Shown here: positions 1-10,288 of the stretch, piece by piece
Layout: the number at the start of each line of letters is the position of its first letter
Position numbering within the stretch: position 1 is the first letter of the stretch
Assembly (NCBI GenBank): GCA_027021445.1
Contig: JALUUH010000177.1
Coordinates: 9,667 to 73,666, forward strand
Direction of reading: 5' to 3'
DNA from: Gammaproteobacteria bacterium
Lineage (GTDB): Bacteria; Pseudomonadota; Gammaproteobacteria; S012-40
DNA length: 64,000 nucleotides
Made by a program: the position numbers and the translations under genes
The notes under the pieces: model-generated
Seen by the model: the letters and a program-made list of their open reading frames with translations, nothing else
What the model was told of the DNA's origin: nothing
Database searches by the model: none

Positions 1-1278
1 CCAACCTATGTTTTTGCTCACATTTATACTAATTTAACCGAGCAAGACGGTTGGATAGGTATCGCTTGGATGGCAATATTTGGTGATAACATTGCCATTC
101 CAGATCTTTACAATATATTTGGCGCAACATTTATATTGTCTCTAGCTGGTTTTTCCTATGTTTTTTTATTAGTGCGTAGCGCCTTATCACGTTCAACTAA
201 AAACTTAGAAGAAGCCGCCCGTCTGCAAGGCGCATCCACTACCACTATTTTCTGGCGAATCAATTTACCCTTACTACGGCCAGCAATCGCGGCGGGCTTA
301 GCCGTCATCGTATTGCACACGCTTTCCGATTTTGGTGCCGTAAGTATGTTACGTGTACAAACATTCACGCTGAGTATTTATAATCAAATGAGCGGTCGCT
401 TAGACTATCAAAGTGCTGCAGCGCTCAGTCTTGTACTCATTGCATTAAGTTTAACTTTTCTTGTTTTGGAACGATTTTTTCGCAATCGACAACGCTTCTA
501 TTCAGGCGCTCAATCTCGGCAATTAGAACCCGTAAAAGCGCAGCCTTTCGAGCAACTTCTTATTTGGAGCTGGTTAGGACTCATCGCTTTTTTTAGCTTT
601 ATACTGCCGCTAATTTGGTTAATTTCGTGGAGCTGGGAAGCCTGGCAACAGGATTTAATCAGCGAAGAGTTTTGGGGTTATGCGATGAATACTGGGGTCG
701 TTTCTTTTATTGCGGCTACGATTGCATTGATAGTTGCATTTCCGGTTGCTTTTTACCACACCCGCCACAACACCTTACTCAGCCAATCCTACCTGCACTT
801 ATCTAGCGTCGGTTTTGCACTACCGGGACCGGTCATCGCTCTTGGCGTTCTCAGCTTTGTACTTGCCCAATTACCCATATTATACGGAACACTCGCAGCG
901 CTTGTTTTTGCAATGGTGGTGCGTTTTCTACCGTTGGCTATTCAAGCACAAGAAGCTGCGCTACAACAACTCACGCCCTCCATCGAACAAGCAGGAAGAG
1001 TCTTTGGAGCTGGCCCACTCGAAAACCTTCAGCGCGTGATTTTGCCCATCATACGTAGTGGAATGGCAAGCGCATGGGTCTTGGTATTTATTGATACATT
1101 AAAAGAACTTCCCGCTACGTTAATTCTACGACCAACAGGATTCGACACCTTGCCCGTACGAATTTGGATAGAAGCCAGCGAGGAAATGTTGGAACTCGCA
1201 GCACCCGCAGCATTGCTACTTGTCATCGGTACGCTACCCGCGATTTGGATTATGATGAAAATGGAAAAACCAGCTTAA
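1..1278 (+). CDS. Fe3+/thiamine-type ABC transporter permease (FbpB family), 5'-truncated by window edge
   Basis: Frame is open from base 1 (PTYVFAHIY...). Multiple TM helices and two EAA-type loops (LEEAARLQGA, IEQAGRVFGA), plus DFGAVSML and FDTLPVRIW motifs typical of FbpB. Confidence 0.85.
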   Translation, partial: PTYVFAHIYTNLTEQDGWIGIAWMAIFGDNIAIPDLYNIFGATFILSLAGFSYVFLLVRSALSRSTKNLEEAARLQGASTTTIFWRINLPLLRPAIAAGLAVIVLHTLSDFGAVSMLRVQTFTLSIYNQMSGRLDYQSAAALSLVLIALSLTFLVLERFFRNRQRFYSGAQSRQLEPVKAQPFEQLLIWSWLGLIAFFSFILPLIWLISWSWEAWQQDLISEEFWGYAMNTGVVSFIAATIALIVAFPVAFYHTRHNTLLSQSYLHLSSVGFALPGPVIALGVLSFVLAQLPILYGTLAALVFAMVVRFLPLAIQAQEAALQQLTPSIEQAGRVFGAGPLENLQRVILPIIRSGMASAWVLVFIDTLKELPATLILRPTGFDTLPVRIWIEASEEMLELAAPAALLLVIGTLPAIWIMMKMEKPA

Positions 1279-1291
1279 GAAGACCGCTAAA

Positions 1292-1699
1292 TTACTCTCT
1301 AAGCGCTCCGTCAGCAATCCATTGTCGAATTTTATCGATAACAGATTGTGGCAATGGAGAACCGTTTCTAGGCATTGTACCTACTGTGGATCTAGCATTG
1401 CCTTCTAGCACGTCAATCAAGTAACTGTTATTAGGGTCACCAGAGGCAACGCGTAATATTGATGAGGAGGTAGTACTTGGCCTATCAACAATTGAGGCAT
1501 AGGCATTAGCGGCTTCGAGATTCAAACCCGCCTTCGGCACACTCCCACGATGGCAGTTTGATAATGCACATGTGGGAGTAAATACCACATCTTGTATAGA
1601 CTGATAATCGGCAGTCAGGTCCGCAAATGTATTCACCGAATCATCTGCAGCACAACCACTTAAAAAAATAAAACTGAGCAACATCATTCTGAGCAACAT
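1292..1699 (-). CDS. Putative c-type cytochrome lipoprotein with atypical CX4CH motif
   Basis: AGGAGGAG RBS precedes ATG at 1699 (MLLRMMLL...). Lipobox LSGC, CALSNCH motif, GTMP candidate axial Met, C-terminal IRQWIADGA resembling planctomycete-type cytochrome c domains. Confidence 0.6.
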   Translation of the reverse strand: MLLRMMLLSFIFLSGCAADDSVNTFADLTADYQSIQDVVFTPTCALSNCHRGSVPKAGLNLEAANAYASIVDRPSTTSSSILRVASGDPNNSYLIDVLEGNARSTVGTMPRNGSPLPQSVIDKIRQWIADGALRE

Positions 1700-1721
1700 C
1701 GTTTTCTCCTCCTGTTTAGAT

Positions 1722-3608
<1,887 letters not shown>

Positions 3609-3638
3609 TTATATATTGTTACTGTAAAACGCAAAAAA

Positions 3639-3657
3639 GGCAGAGAAAAGCCGCCTC
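3639..3657 (-). terminator. Riboswitch expression-platform terminator hairpin
   Basis: Minus strand GGCGG-CTTTTCT-CTGCC followed by TTTTTT, overlapping the 3' P1 strand of the TPP aptamer. Confidence 0.55.
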
Positions 3658-3755
3658 CCTACGCCGGTTCTAACCAGATCAGGTTTTAAGGGTATATCTC
3701 AGCCTATCTAAAAAAACTCACCTTTATGAAAGCTTTTATAGGCACCCCTGGTAGC
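3652..3755 (-). promoter_or_regulatory. TPP riboswitch
   Basis: Minus strand reads CAGGGGTGCC...GGCTGAGATATACCCTTAAAACCTGATCTGGTTAGAACCGGCGTAGGGA, the TPP aptamer consensus (GGGG, CTGAGA, ACCTGATC, GCGTAGGGA), directly upstream of thiC. Confidence 0.95.
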
Positions 3756-3968
3756 ACCTAAACCATAACACACAAAGACCAAACCTGGATACGCTGAAAT
3801 TTTATACCAATGACGACGCAATCACTCAACTACGCAGCATGAATCAAAGTTAAGCACATTATAAACTACGAACCCGCATAGGATATTTGTTGCCTATTTG
3901 CTACAAAGTGCTTAATCTAAAGCGCTCTTAATGTATGTGAACAATCTTTATCAATAGGCGCTCAAACA

Positions 3969-4637
3969 ATGAACAGCTCAAACCTTGACCTAGACCAAGC
4001 TAGATTCAATATGGTTGAACAACAAATCCGCACTTGGGAAGTGTTCGACCTTGATGTACTCGATATTCTGCAGAACACACCCAGAGAAAATTTCGTTCCC
4101 GATAAATATAAAAGCATCGCTTACTCGGAAATCGAGATACCTTTAGATCATGGCGTAAAAATGCTCTCACCGATGATTCAAGGCCACTTATTACAAGCTT
4201 TGGAAATCAAGAACACCGATGTCGTACTGGAAATTGGCACTGGCACTGGCTATGTCACTGCTATGCTCGCAAAACTCGCAATGCATGTTTACAGCATAGA
4301 CTTTTATAAGGAAGCCATAGCTCTTACTACTAAGAACTTGAAAAATCTCAATATTCAAAATGTTAGCACTGAAACAGGCGATGCCTCTCAGGGCTGGAAA
4401 GACCAGGGGCCCTATAATGCTATTGCGGTTAACGGATCAATGAACGAGGTTCCCCAAACCATCAAAGAACAATTAAAATTGGGAGGACGATTATTTGTCA
4501 TTGAAGGTAAAGCACCCACGATGCTGGCCAAGTTAATTACACGCTCAGGCCCTAAACAATGGGATGAGCACGTTTTGTTTGAAACAACCGTACCTCCATT
4601 GCTGAATTGCGGAGCAACTCCTCAGTTTATTTTTTAG
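3969..4637 (+). CDS. pcm: Protein-L-isoaspartate O-methyltransferase (Pcm family)
   Basis: ARFNMVEQQIRTW, PRENFVP, SAM motif VLEIGTGTGY, QLKLGGRL. Confidence 0.9.
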   Translation: MNSSNLDLDQARFNMVEQQIRTWEVFDLDVLDILQNTPRENFVPDKYKSIAYSEIEIPLDHGVKMLSPMIQGHLLQALEIKNTDVVLEIGTGTGYVTAMLAKLAMHVYSIDFYKEAIALTTKNLKNLNIQNVSTETGDASQGWKDQGPYNAIAVNGSMNEVPQTIKEQLKLGGRLFVIEGKAPTMLAKLITRSGPKQWDEHVLFETTVPPLLNCGATPQFIF

Positions 4638-4644
4638 CGTTTCC

Positions 4645-4959
4645 ATGCAACAAATGACGCCCAAAGAGCTTCAGGCTTACCTTGTCAACAAGAACCCAGT
4701 GATTCTTGATGTACGAGAAGAATGGGAATTTGATATTTGCAAGCTCACTAACAGTATCAATATTCCAATGGGGAAATTGCAAAACCACATCAATGAACTC
4801 AACTCAGAAGCAAGCTATGTCATGGTGTGCCATCACGGAGTTAGAAGCCTGCAAATGGCGCACTATTTGGAGCAAGCTGGATTTACAAAAATCATAAACC
4901 TCTCAGGAGGTGTTGCAGCCTGGGCTAATGAAATCGACCCTAATATGGCACATTATTAG
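4645..4959 (+). CDS. Single-domain rhodanese-like sulfurtransferase
   Basis: LDVREEWE and CHHGVRS active-site loop, NLSGGVAAW. Confidence 0.9.
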   Translation: MQQMTPKELQAYLVNKNPVILDVREEWEFDICKLTNSINIPMGKLQNHINELNSEASYVMVCHHGVRSLQMAHYLEQAGFTKIINLSGGVAAWANEIDPNMAHY

Positions 4960-4981
4960 TATCTAAAACTTTTACTCGATG

Positions 4982-5148
4982 CTAGGAGCCTGTCCAAGAA
5001 CAGACTGACCTACTGCGGCCAATCCATTGTGGCCAGATTTTCCGATTAAATTCGTTAAATATGCTCAATATTCGCCTCATTGAGTCGAAAAATCTGACTC
5101 AAAATGGTTTGCCCTCGTGACGATCACTGTTCTCGGACAGCCTCCTAG
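4982..5148. mobile_element. MITE-like non-autonomous element (167 bp)
   Basis: 22-bp terminal inverted repeats, 20/22 identical (CTAGGAGCCTGTCCAAGAACAG / revcomp CTAGGAGGCTGTCCGAGAACAG). CTAG at both ends, nested internal IR (CAGATTTTCCGA / TCGAAAAATCTG), no ORF. Confidence 0.75.
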
Positions 5149-5181
5149 GAGATTGTCAATTAACAGGGAGCAGATAGCTTA

Positions 5182-6549
5182 GTGAATCAATCTAAAATTG
5201 TGACGAGAATTGCTCCACGCGCTAAACATAAACATCTTCTGTTCTCATTTATTTTCGTCATCTTAAATACTACTAGCAGCTTTATCCATGCAAACGATTT
5301 ACTTTATACTTTTCAGCAAGCACTACAACACGATCCCACGTTTAAAGCTGCTGAAGCAATAAAGAACTCTGCGAGTGAGTTTAAGACCCAGAGTTTTGCT
5401 CATTTTTTGCCGTCTATTGCTGCCAATGCAAATGCTAGCCAAACCAATCAGCAACTCGACAAATCTGCTTTTGTCAGCAACGATCAACTCGGAAACAACT
5501 CATTCAAGAGTTCAGAATTTTCACTAAAATTGCGCCAACCTCTTCTAAACTGGCAGGCAATTCAATCATATAAAACGGCTAATTTAAAACAAACAAAAGC
5601 CGAAGTAGATTATCGCATCGCTCAGCAAGACTTACTCTACCGTGTCGCCAAAACTTATTTTCTCGTATTATTGAAAAAAGAAGCACTATTTTTTGCACGC
5701 GCAGAAAAAAAAGCGATAAATACGCAATTAAATCTCACTAAAAAACGCTATGAACTCGGCATTGTTGCAATAACTGAAGTACATGAAGCATCAGCACGAC
5801 TTGATCTCGCTTCCGCCAACGAAATTATACTCGAAACTGCATTGCAAATAGCCGAATCAAACTTGCAAAACATTACATATTCAAAAATAGTACGCTTTAA
5901 ATTCTTAAAGGAGAATCTACCACTTATAGCTCCGTCTCCCGCAAATATAGATAGCTGGGTTAATACGGCAAAAGTTCAAAACTTAAATATCGCGGTAGCC
6001 CAGCTAGAGGCGGACATTGCCAAACTACAAATTGACCTCATTCGTGCTAAACGCTTACCCACTATCGACCTAACAACCACCCTCGCCTATAACACGCGAG
6101 GCGGCCCATATCGAGAAGAACGGCAAGATAATCAGATAGCTTTTGATATGAACCTGCCTTTGTTTGGCGGTAATCGCATCAGCTCGGAAATAAGACAAGC
6201 TATTTTTTTATATGAAGCCGCTAATCAACATACTGAGGCAATTGAACGCATCGCCCTCGGGGAAACTCGCTCAGCCTATTTAAAAGTCATCGCTGCAATG
6301 AGCTTCATTAAAGCCATTAGCCAAGCGAACATATCGACGGAAAAAGCACTTAATGCCATAAAAGCGGGGTTTGAAATCGGCGCAAAATCAACTAAAGATG
6401 TTCTTGATGCACAAAATTTACTCTACCACAATAAACGAGATCATGCTCAAGCTCGTCATGACTATGTTTTAAACACCCTAAAACTTAAGATGTCTGTAGG
6501 ATTGCTGAGTATAAACGACTTAGAACAAGTCAACTCTTGGCTGGAATAA
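5182..6549 (+). CDS. tolC: TolC-family outer membrane efflux protein
   Basis: Signal peptide, A...LP.I motifs, repeated helical OEP halves, C-terminal LKLKMSVGLLSINDL. pcm-rhodanese-tolC synteny. Confidence 0.85.
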   Translation: MNQSKIVTRIAPRAKHKHLLFSFIFVILNTTSSFIHANDLLYTFQQALQHDPTFKAAEAIKNSASEFKTQSFAHFLPSIAANANASQTNQQLDKSAFVSNDQLGNNSFKSSEFSLKLRQPLLNWQAIQSYKTANLKQTKAEVDYRIAQQDLLYRVAKTYFLVLLKKEALFFARAEKKAINTQLNLTKKRYELGIVAITEVHEASARLDLASANEIILETALQIAESNLQNITYSKIVRFKFLKENLPLIAPSPANIDSWVNTAKVQNLNIAVAQLEADIAKLQIDLIRAKRLPTIDLTTTLAYNTRGGPYREERQDNQIAFDMNLPLFGGNRISSEIRQAIFLYEAANQHTEAIERIALGETRSAYLKVIAAMSFIKAISQANISTEKALNAIKAGFEIGAKSTKDVLDAQNLLYHNKRDHAQARHDYVLNTLKLKMSVGLLSINDLEQVNSWLE

Positions 6550-6596
6550 GGCGCACAATTTTTGCGAGGGAATAATATTTTTATTAGCAAGAGATC

Positions 6597-7157
6597 TTAG
6601 GGTGTGTCGTCAAAAGCTTCACAGAGAAAATGCAGAAGAAAGATATGACTTTCTTGAATACGCGATGTTCTTTGACCATCAACGATAATTGCCATATCCA
6701 CGAGCGGCGCTATACGCCCACCATTCCTACCGAGCAGACCTATCGATTTGATATTCATTTGCTGAGCCTTCTCAGCAACACAATAAAGATTAGCAGACTC
6801 ACCCGAGGTACTGATGACAATAAGAACATCACCCTCTTGTCCTAAGGATTCCAATTGCCTGGAAAATATGTGTTCAAAGCCATAGTCATTGCCAATGGCC
6901 GTCAGTGCGGAGCAATCTGTGGTCAAGGCAATGGCAGCATAACCTTTGCGATCTTTTTCAAAACGCCCCGTCAACTCAGAGGCGAAGTGCTGAGCATCTG
7001 ACGCAGAACCACCATTCCCACAAACATAAACGGTACGCTTACTTGCAAAACATGTCGCTAAAACCTCAACGACCGCTTGCAAGCGATCTTCTAAGGATGC
7101 TAGCCGGTCAATAACGGTTTGGTGCTCAATAATGGCATCAGCCAGCTTTATAGACAT
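6597..7157 (-). CDS. gmhA: D-sedoheptulose-7-phosphate isomerase
   Basis: CGNGGSASDAQHFASELTGRF, GNDYGFEHIFSRQ, ISTSGES, RIQESH. Confidence 0.93.
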   Translation of the reverse strand: MSIKLADAIIEHQTVIDRLASLEDRLQAVVEVLATCFASKRTVYVCGNGGSASDAQHFASELTGRFEKDRKGYAAIALTTDCSALTAIGNDYGFEHIFSRQLESLGQEGDVLIVISTSGESANLYCVAEKAQQMNIKSIGLLGRNGGRIAPLVDMAIIVDGQRTSRIQESHIFLLHFLCEAFDDTP

Positions 7158-7236
7158 TCTTACTCCCACACAAATAAGCTACAATATTCCCAAAACCGAC
7201 ATTATCACACTTAAACCTAACGCTTTCTCTAAATTA

Positions 7237-8151
7237 ATGAATTCATCCAATCATTTAAAATACTTACATCCTAAATTTTGGCCTATCTGGATAGCCATTG
7301 TATTCATACGGCTCAGCGTTATGTTGCCACAACATATTCGCATGAAGCTCGGGGCTGGTATTGGTAAATTGCTCTACATCTTTAGTAAAAAAAGAAGAAA
7401 AATTGCAAACATCAACTTAGCACTATGCTTTCCTAAAAACGATGCCAATTGGCGAAAACATATCATCAAACAACATTTTAGGACACTTGGACAAGCCATC
7501 TATGAAACCGCAATGACATGGTGGTTGCCCGATTCAAAACTCGCGCCTTTGATTAAAGTTGAGGGCCTTACCCATATTAAAAACGCGCTCGCGAAAAACC
7601 AAGGCATTATTTTATTAAGCGCTCATTTTAATTGCTTAGAACTCGGTGTCAGAGCCTTGCACATTAAAATTAACCAACAAATCGCCCCTGTATACCAAAA
7701 GAACAAAAATACTTTATTAGATTCTATTATTAACAAAGGTCGCTTAAATAATGCCACCAGCATCATTGAGCGCAACGATGTACGCAAGATAATCCGCACC
7801 TTGAAGCAAAAAAAATTAATCTGGTATGCCCCAGATCAAGCTTACAGTGAAAACAATAGCGAGATTGTTTCTTTTTTTGGCATTCCTGCAATGAGTAATA
7901 CCGCAACCCCACGTTTGGCAGCCATGGGAAATGCGATCGTCGTGCCTATGTTTATCAGGCAAAACGAGGATCAATCAGGCTATATTATTACCATAACACC
8001 TGAATTAGAACATTATCCCAGCGATGACCCCATCAAAGATACGGCGCGATTTCATAATCTCTTAGAAAATGAGATCAAAAAATCACCTCATCAATATTTA
8101 TGGGTACATAAAAGATTTAAAAGAAGGACGGGCTTACAGGATATCTATTAA
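7237..8151 (+). CDS. lpxL: Lipid A lauroyl/palmitoleoyl acyltransferase (LpxL/HtrB family)
   Basis: HPKFW N-terminus, SAHF, WYAPDQ, FFG, PHQYLWVHKRFK. Start moved to ATG 7237 to avoid overlap with gmhA. Confidence 0.88.
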   Translation: MNSSNHLKYLHPKFWPIWIAIVFIRLSVMLPQHIRMKLGAGIGKLLYIFSKKRRKIANINLALCFPKNDANWRKHIIKQHFRTLGQAIYETAMTWWLPDSKLAPLIKVEGLTHIKNALAKNQGIILLSAHFNCLELGVRALHIKINQQIAPVYQKNKNTLLDSIINKGRLNNATSIIERNDVRKIIRTLKQKKLIWYAPDQAYSENNSEIVSFFGIPAMSNTATPRLAAMGNAIVVPMFIRQNEDQSGYIITITPELEHYPSDDPIKDTARFHNLLENEIKKSPHQYLWVHKRFKRRTGLQDIY

Positions 8152-8175
8152 GATATACCCTCTTTACACAAAAAA

Positions 8176-8796
8176 TTAGCTTTCTTTTTTAATTAAAAAA
8201 TTAATAACCTTAATGGTATTTGCATTTCCACCCGTCATTCTATTCGATACTAAATATTTCCCATTGACAATAACGGCGGGAACTCCTTTTATTCCATAAC
8301 GACTCACCAGTGTTTTGGCTCTTCTAATTCGGGTTTCCACCGCAAATGAACGAAAAGTTTTAGTAAACTCAATTTTATCAACGCCATGCTCAGCAAAAAA
8401 ATCGCGCAAGGATTCTTCTGAATTCAACTTTCGCTTTTGCAAATGCAGCGCATCAAATAATGCCTGATGAACAGTATCAAATACTCCCAGTAATTGTGCT
8501 GTATAAAATGCGCGCCCATGAACCTCCCAGTCACTCCTGAGTACGCCGGGCAATCTGACAAATTCTGCATTTTCAGGTTTTCTTTTTAACCAACGCTCTA
8601 GATAAGGCTCAAAACGAAAACAGTGAGGACAGCCATACCAAAACACTTCAAGCACTTCTACTTTGCCTTTTGTGCTTGTCGGCTGAGGCGCTGACAGCCG
8701 CTCATAATGTACACCTTCTTCATATTCCTCGGCAAACGCAGGCATGGTAAAGGCCACAAAAATTGCCAATAAGGCCGCTAAACGAAATACGAACAT
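8176..8796 (-). CDS. dsbA: Thiol:disulfide interchange protein DsbA
   Basis: Signal peptide, EVFWYGCPHC active site, GVPAVIVNGKY cis-Pro loop. Confidence 0.93.
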   Translation of the reverse strand: MFVFRLAALLAIFVAFTMPAFAEEYEEGVHYERLSAPQPTSTKGKVEVLEVFWYGCPHCFRFEPYLERWLKRKPENAEFVRLPGVLRSDWEVHGRAFYTAQLLGVFDTVHQALFDALHLQKRKLNSEESLRDFFAEHGVDKIEFTKTFRSFAVETRIRRAKTLVSRYGIKGVPAVIVNGKYLVSNRMTGGNANTIKVINFLIKKES

Positions 8797-8970
8797 GCTA
8801 AAAAATCTCCTTTGAACGCTACCTACTAATGCAATAGGTGAATAATAAACTATTTGGTATTATATCGTTTTGTAAAACCTAACTGGAGTATTCCAGTCAT
8901 TTAAGCTGGTATGAATATATACGAAGTAACTCAAATTCCATAATAATTCCGAAAAAATAGGCTCTAAAAC

Positions 8971-9459
8971 ATGACTTCAGATAAAATTAATTTAGTAGAC
9001 TTGCTCAAACAACAACGATTATGCGACTCGTTAACTGTAAAAGAAGTTCAATTATTCCTCGACTATACCGAGATTCTCACCTATAAAAAAAATGAAGTTA
9101 TCGCCGATATTGGAGAAATAGGTGATTCTTTATTTTTTCTTATACAAGGCGAAGCCGGATTATTTCATGATGCGGGAGCGGGTGAAACAGTGGTAGGTAC
9201 CATTCACGAAGGTGAATTAATGGGAGAAATGTCATTTTTTGACATGGAACCACGCTCCGTGAGAATGAAAGCATTGAACAACAATACCAAATTGCTAACC
9301 CTTTCCCGAAAAATGTATACGCGCTTACGGGTTGAGCACCCCTACATAGCCGTAAACTTATTAGAACATGCTATTGTCAGCTTAGATCATTTGTTTCGCA
9401 GAGTGAGTTCAGACGTTGCTACTTTTTCCACCTATTTATACGGGAAAGGTAAACGCTAA
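8971..9459 (+). CDS. Stand-alone cyclic nucleotide-binding domain protein
   Basis: GEIGDSLFFLIQGE...GELMGEMSFFDMEPRSVRMKA phosphate-binding cassette; no HTH. Confidence 0.8.
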   Translation: MTSDKINLVDLLKQQRLCDSLTVKEVQLFLDYTEILTYKKNEVIADIGEIGDSLFFLIQGEAGLFHDAGAGETVVGTIHEGELMGEMSFFDMEPRSVRMKALNNNTKLLTLSRKMYTRLRVEHPYIAVNLLEHAIVSLDHLFRRVSSDVATFSTYLYGKGKR

Positions 9460-9465
9460 TCACCG

Positions 9466-10086
9466 ATGTTATCAACCACCCAAAAAGTATTACGTGCGGC
9501 GAATTTCACCATGGCCGCTGCAGAAGCAAAACAATTACTAAAAGATCAAGGGTTAGAAGTCGCGTTTGCAGGCCGCTCAAACGCAGGCAAGTCGAGCGCA
9601 ATAAATGCCATAACAGCAAGATCATCGCTGGCAAGAACCAGTAAAACACCTGGCCGCACTCAGCAAATCATTTTTTTTGAACTCGATGAAACTCGTCGGC
9701 TTGTTGATCTACCGGGGTATGGTTTTGCCAAGGTACCCAATAGAATCAAAAAACATTGGCGCACTCTTATGTCGGGCTATTTTACCGACCGCTCATCACT
9801 TCAAGGTTTAATTTTGCTCATGGATATTCGCCATCCACTTCGAGATGAAGATATTCAGATGATTGACTGGTGCGTGGACACGCAAACTCCTATGCATATA
9901 TTGTTAACTAAATCTGACAAACTGAGTAAAGGTGCGGGCGCCAACCAGCTACAAAAAATCAATAAAGAACTTAATACCTTGGGTTATGAAGGGGCTTCTA
10001 TGCAATTATTTTCCGCTCTTAAGAAAACAGGAATCCCTGAAACACTGGATATTATAAGCGAGTGGTTAGACATTTCGGCAGAATAA
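9466..10086 (+). CDS. engB: Ribosome biogenesis GTPase YihA/EngB
   Basis: GRSNAGKSS, SKTPGRTQ, DLPGYG, TKSDKL; adjacent to polA. Confidence 0.96.
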   Translation: MLSTTQKVLRAANFTMAAAEAKQLLKDQGLEVAFAGRSNAGKSSAINAITARSSLARTSKTPGRTQQIIFFELDETRRLVDLPGYGFAKVPNRIKKHWRTLMSGYFTDRSSLQGLILLMDIRHPLRDEDIQMIDWCVDTQTPMHILLTKSDKLSKGAGANQLQKINKELNTLGYEGASMQLFSALKKTGIPETLDIISEWLDISAE

Positions 10087-10104
10087 TCACCATCATTGTT
10101 AGCT

Positions 10105-10228
10105 AAAAAAAACCCCAGTGGGAGAAACACCGGGGCCTTTGAGATACTCGATTCTGGGTAAATCGAGCTTTTTATAAACCCCGACTCTGGGAGGATGAGA
10201 GAGGGTAAGTAGAATATCGCCTACTAGT
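10105..10228 (-). ncRNA. Candidate trans-acting sRNA (Spot42/ErsA/sX13-syntenic)
   Basis: Four consecutive hairpins on the minus strand, three with C-rich loops, ending in CCCCGGTG-TTTCTCC-CACTGGGG plus T8. RpoE-like promoter just upstream; lies between polA and engB. 5' end inferred. Confidence 0.7.
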
Positions 10229-10233
10229 AAATA

Positions 10234-10260
10234 TTGACACGCCCTTTTCCTATTAGTTCC
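10234..10260 (-). promoter_or_regulatory. RpoE/AlgU (ECF sigma)-type promoter
   Basis: Minus strand GGAACT-N16-GTCAA, matching the sigmaE consensus GAACTT-N16-TCAAA. Confidence 0.6.
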
Positions 10261-10288
10261 CACAAAGATTAAACGAACCAGGTGATTC

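Noticed and set aside
10234-10239. Perfect TTGACA sigma70 -35 on the plus strand
   Set aside because: No -10 element at 16-18 bp, and it would point into the end of polA; it is the reverse of the RpoE -10 element.
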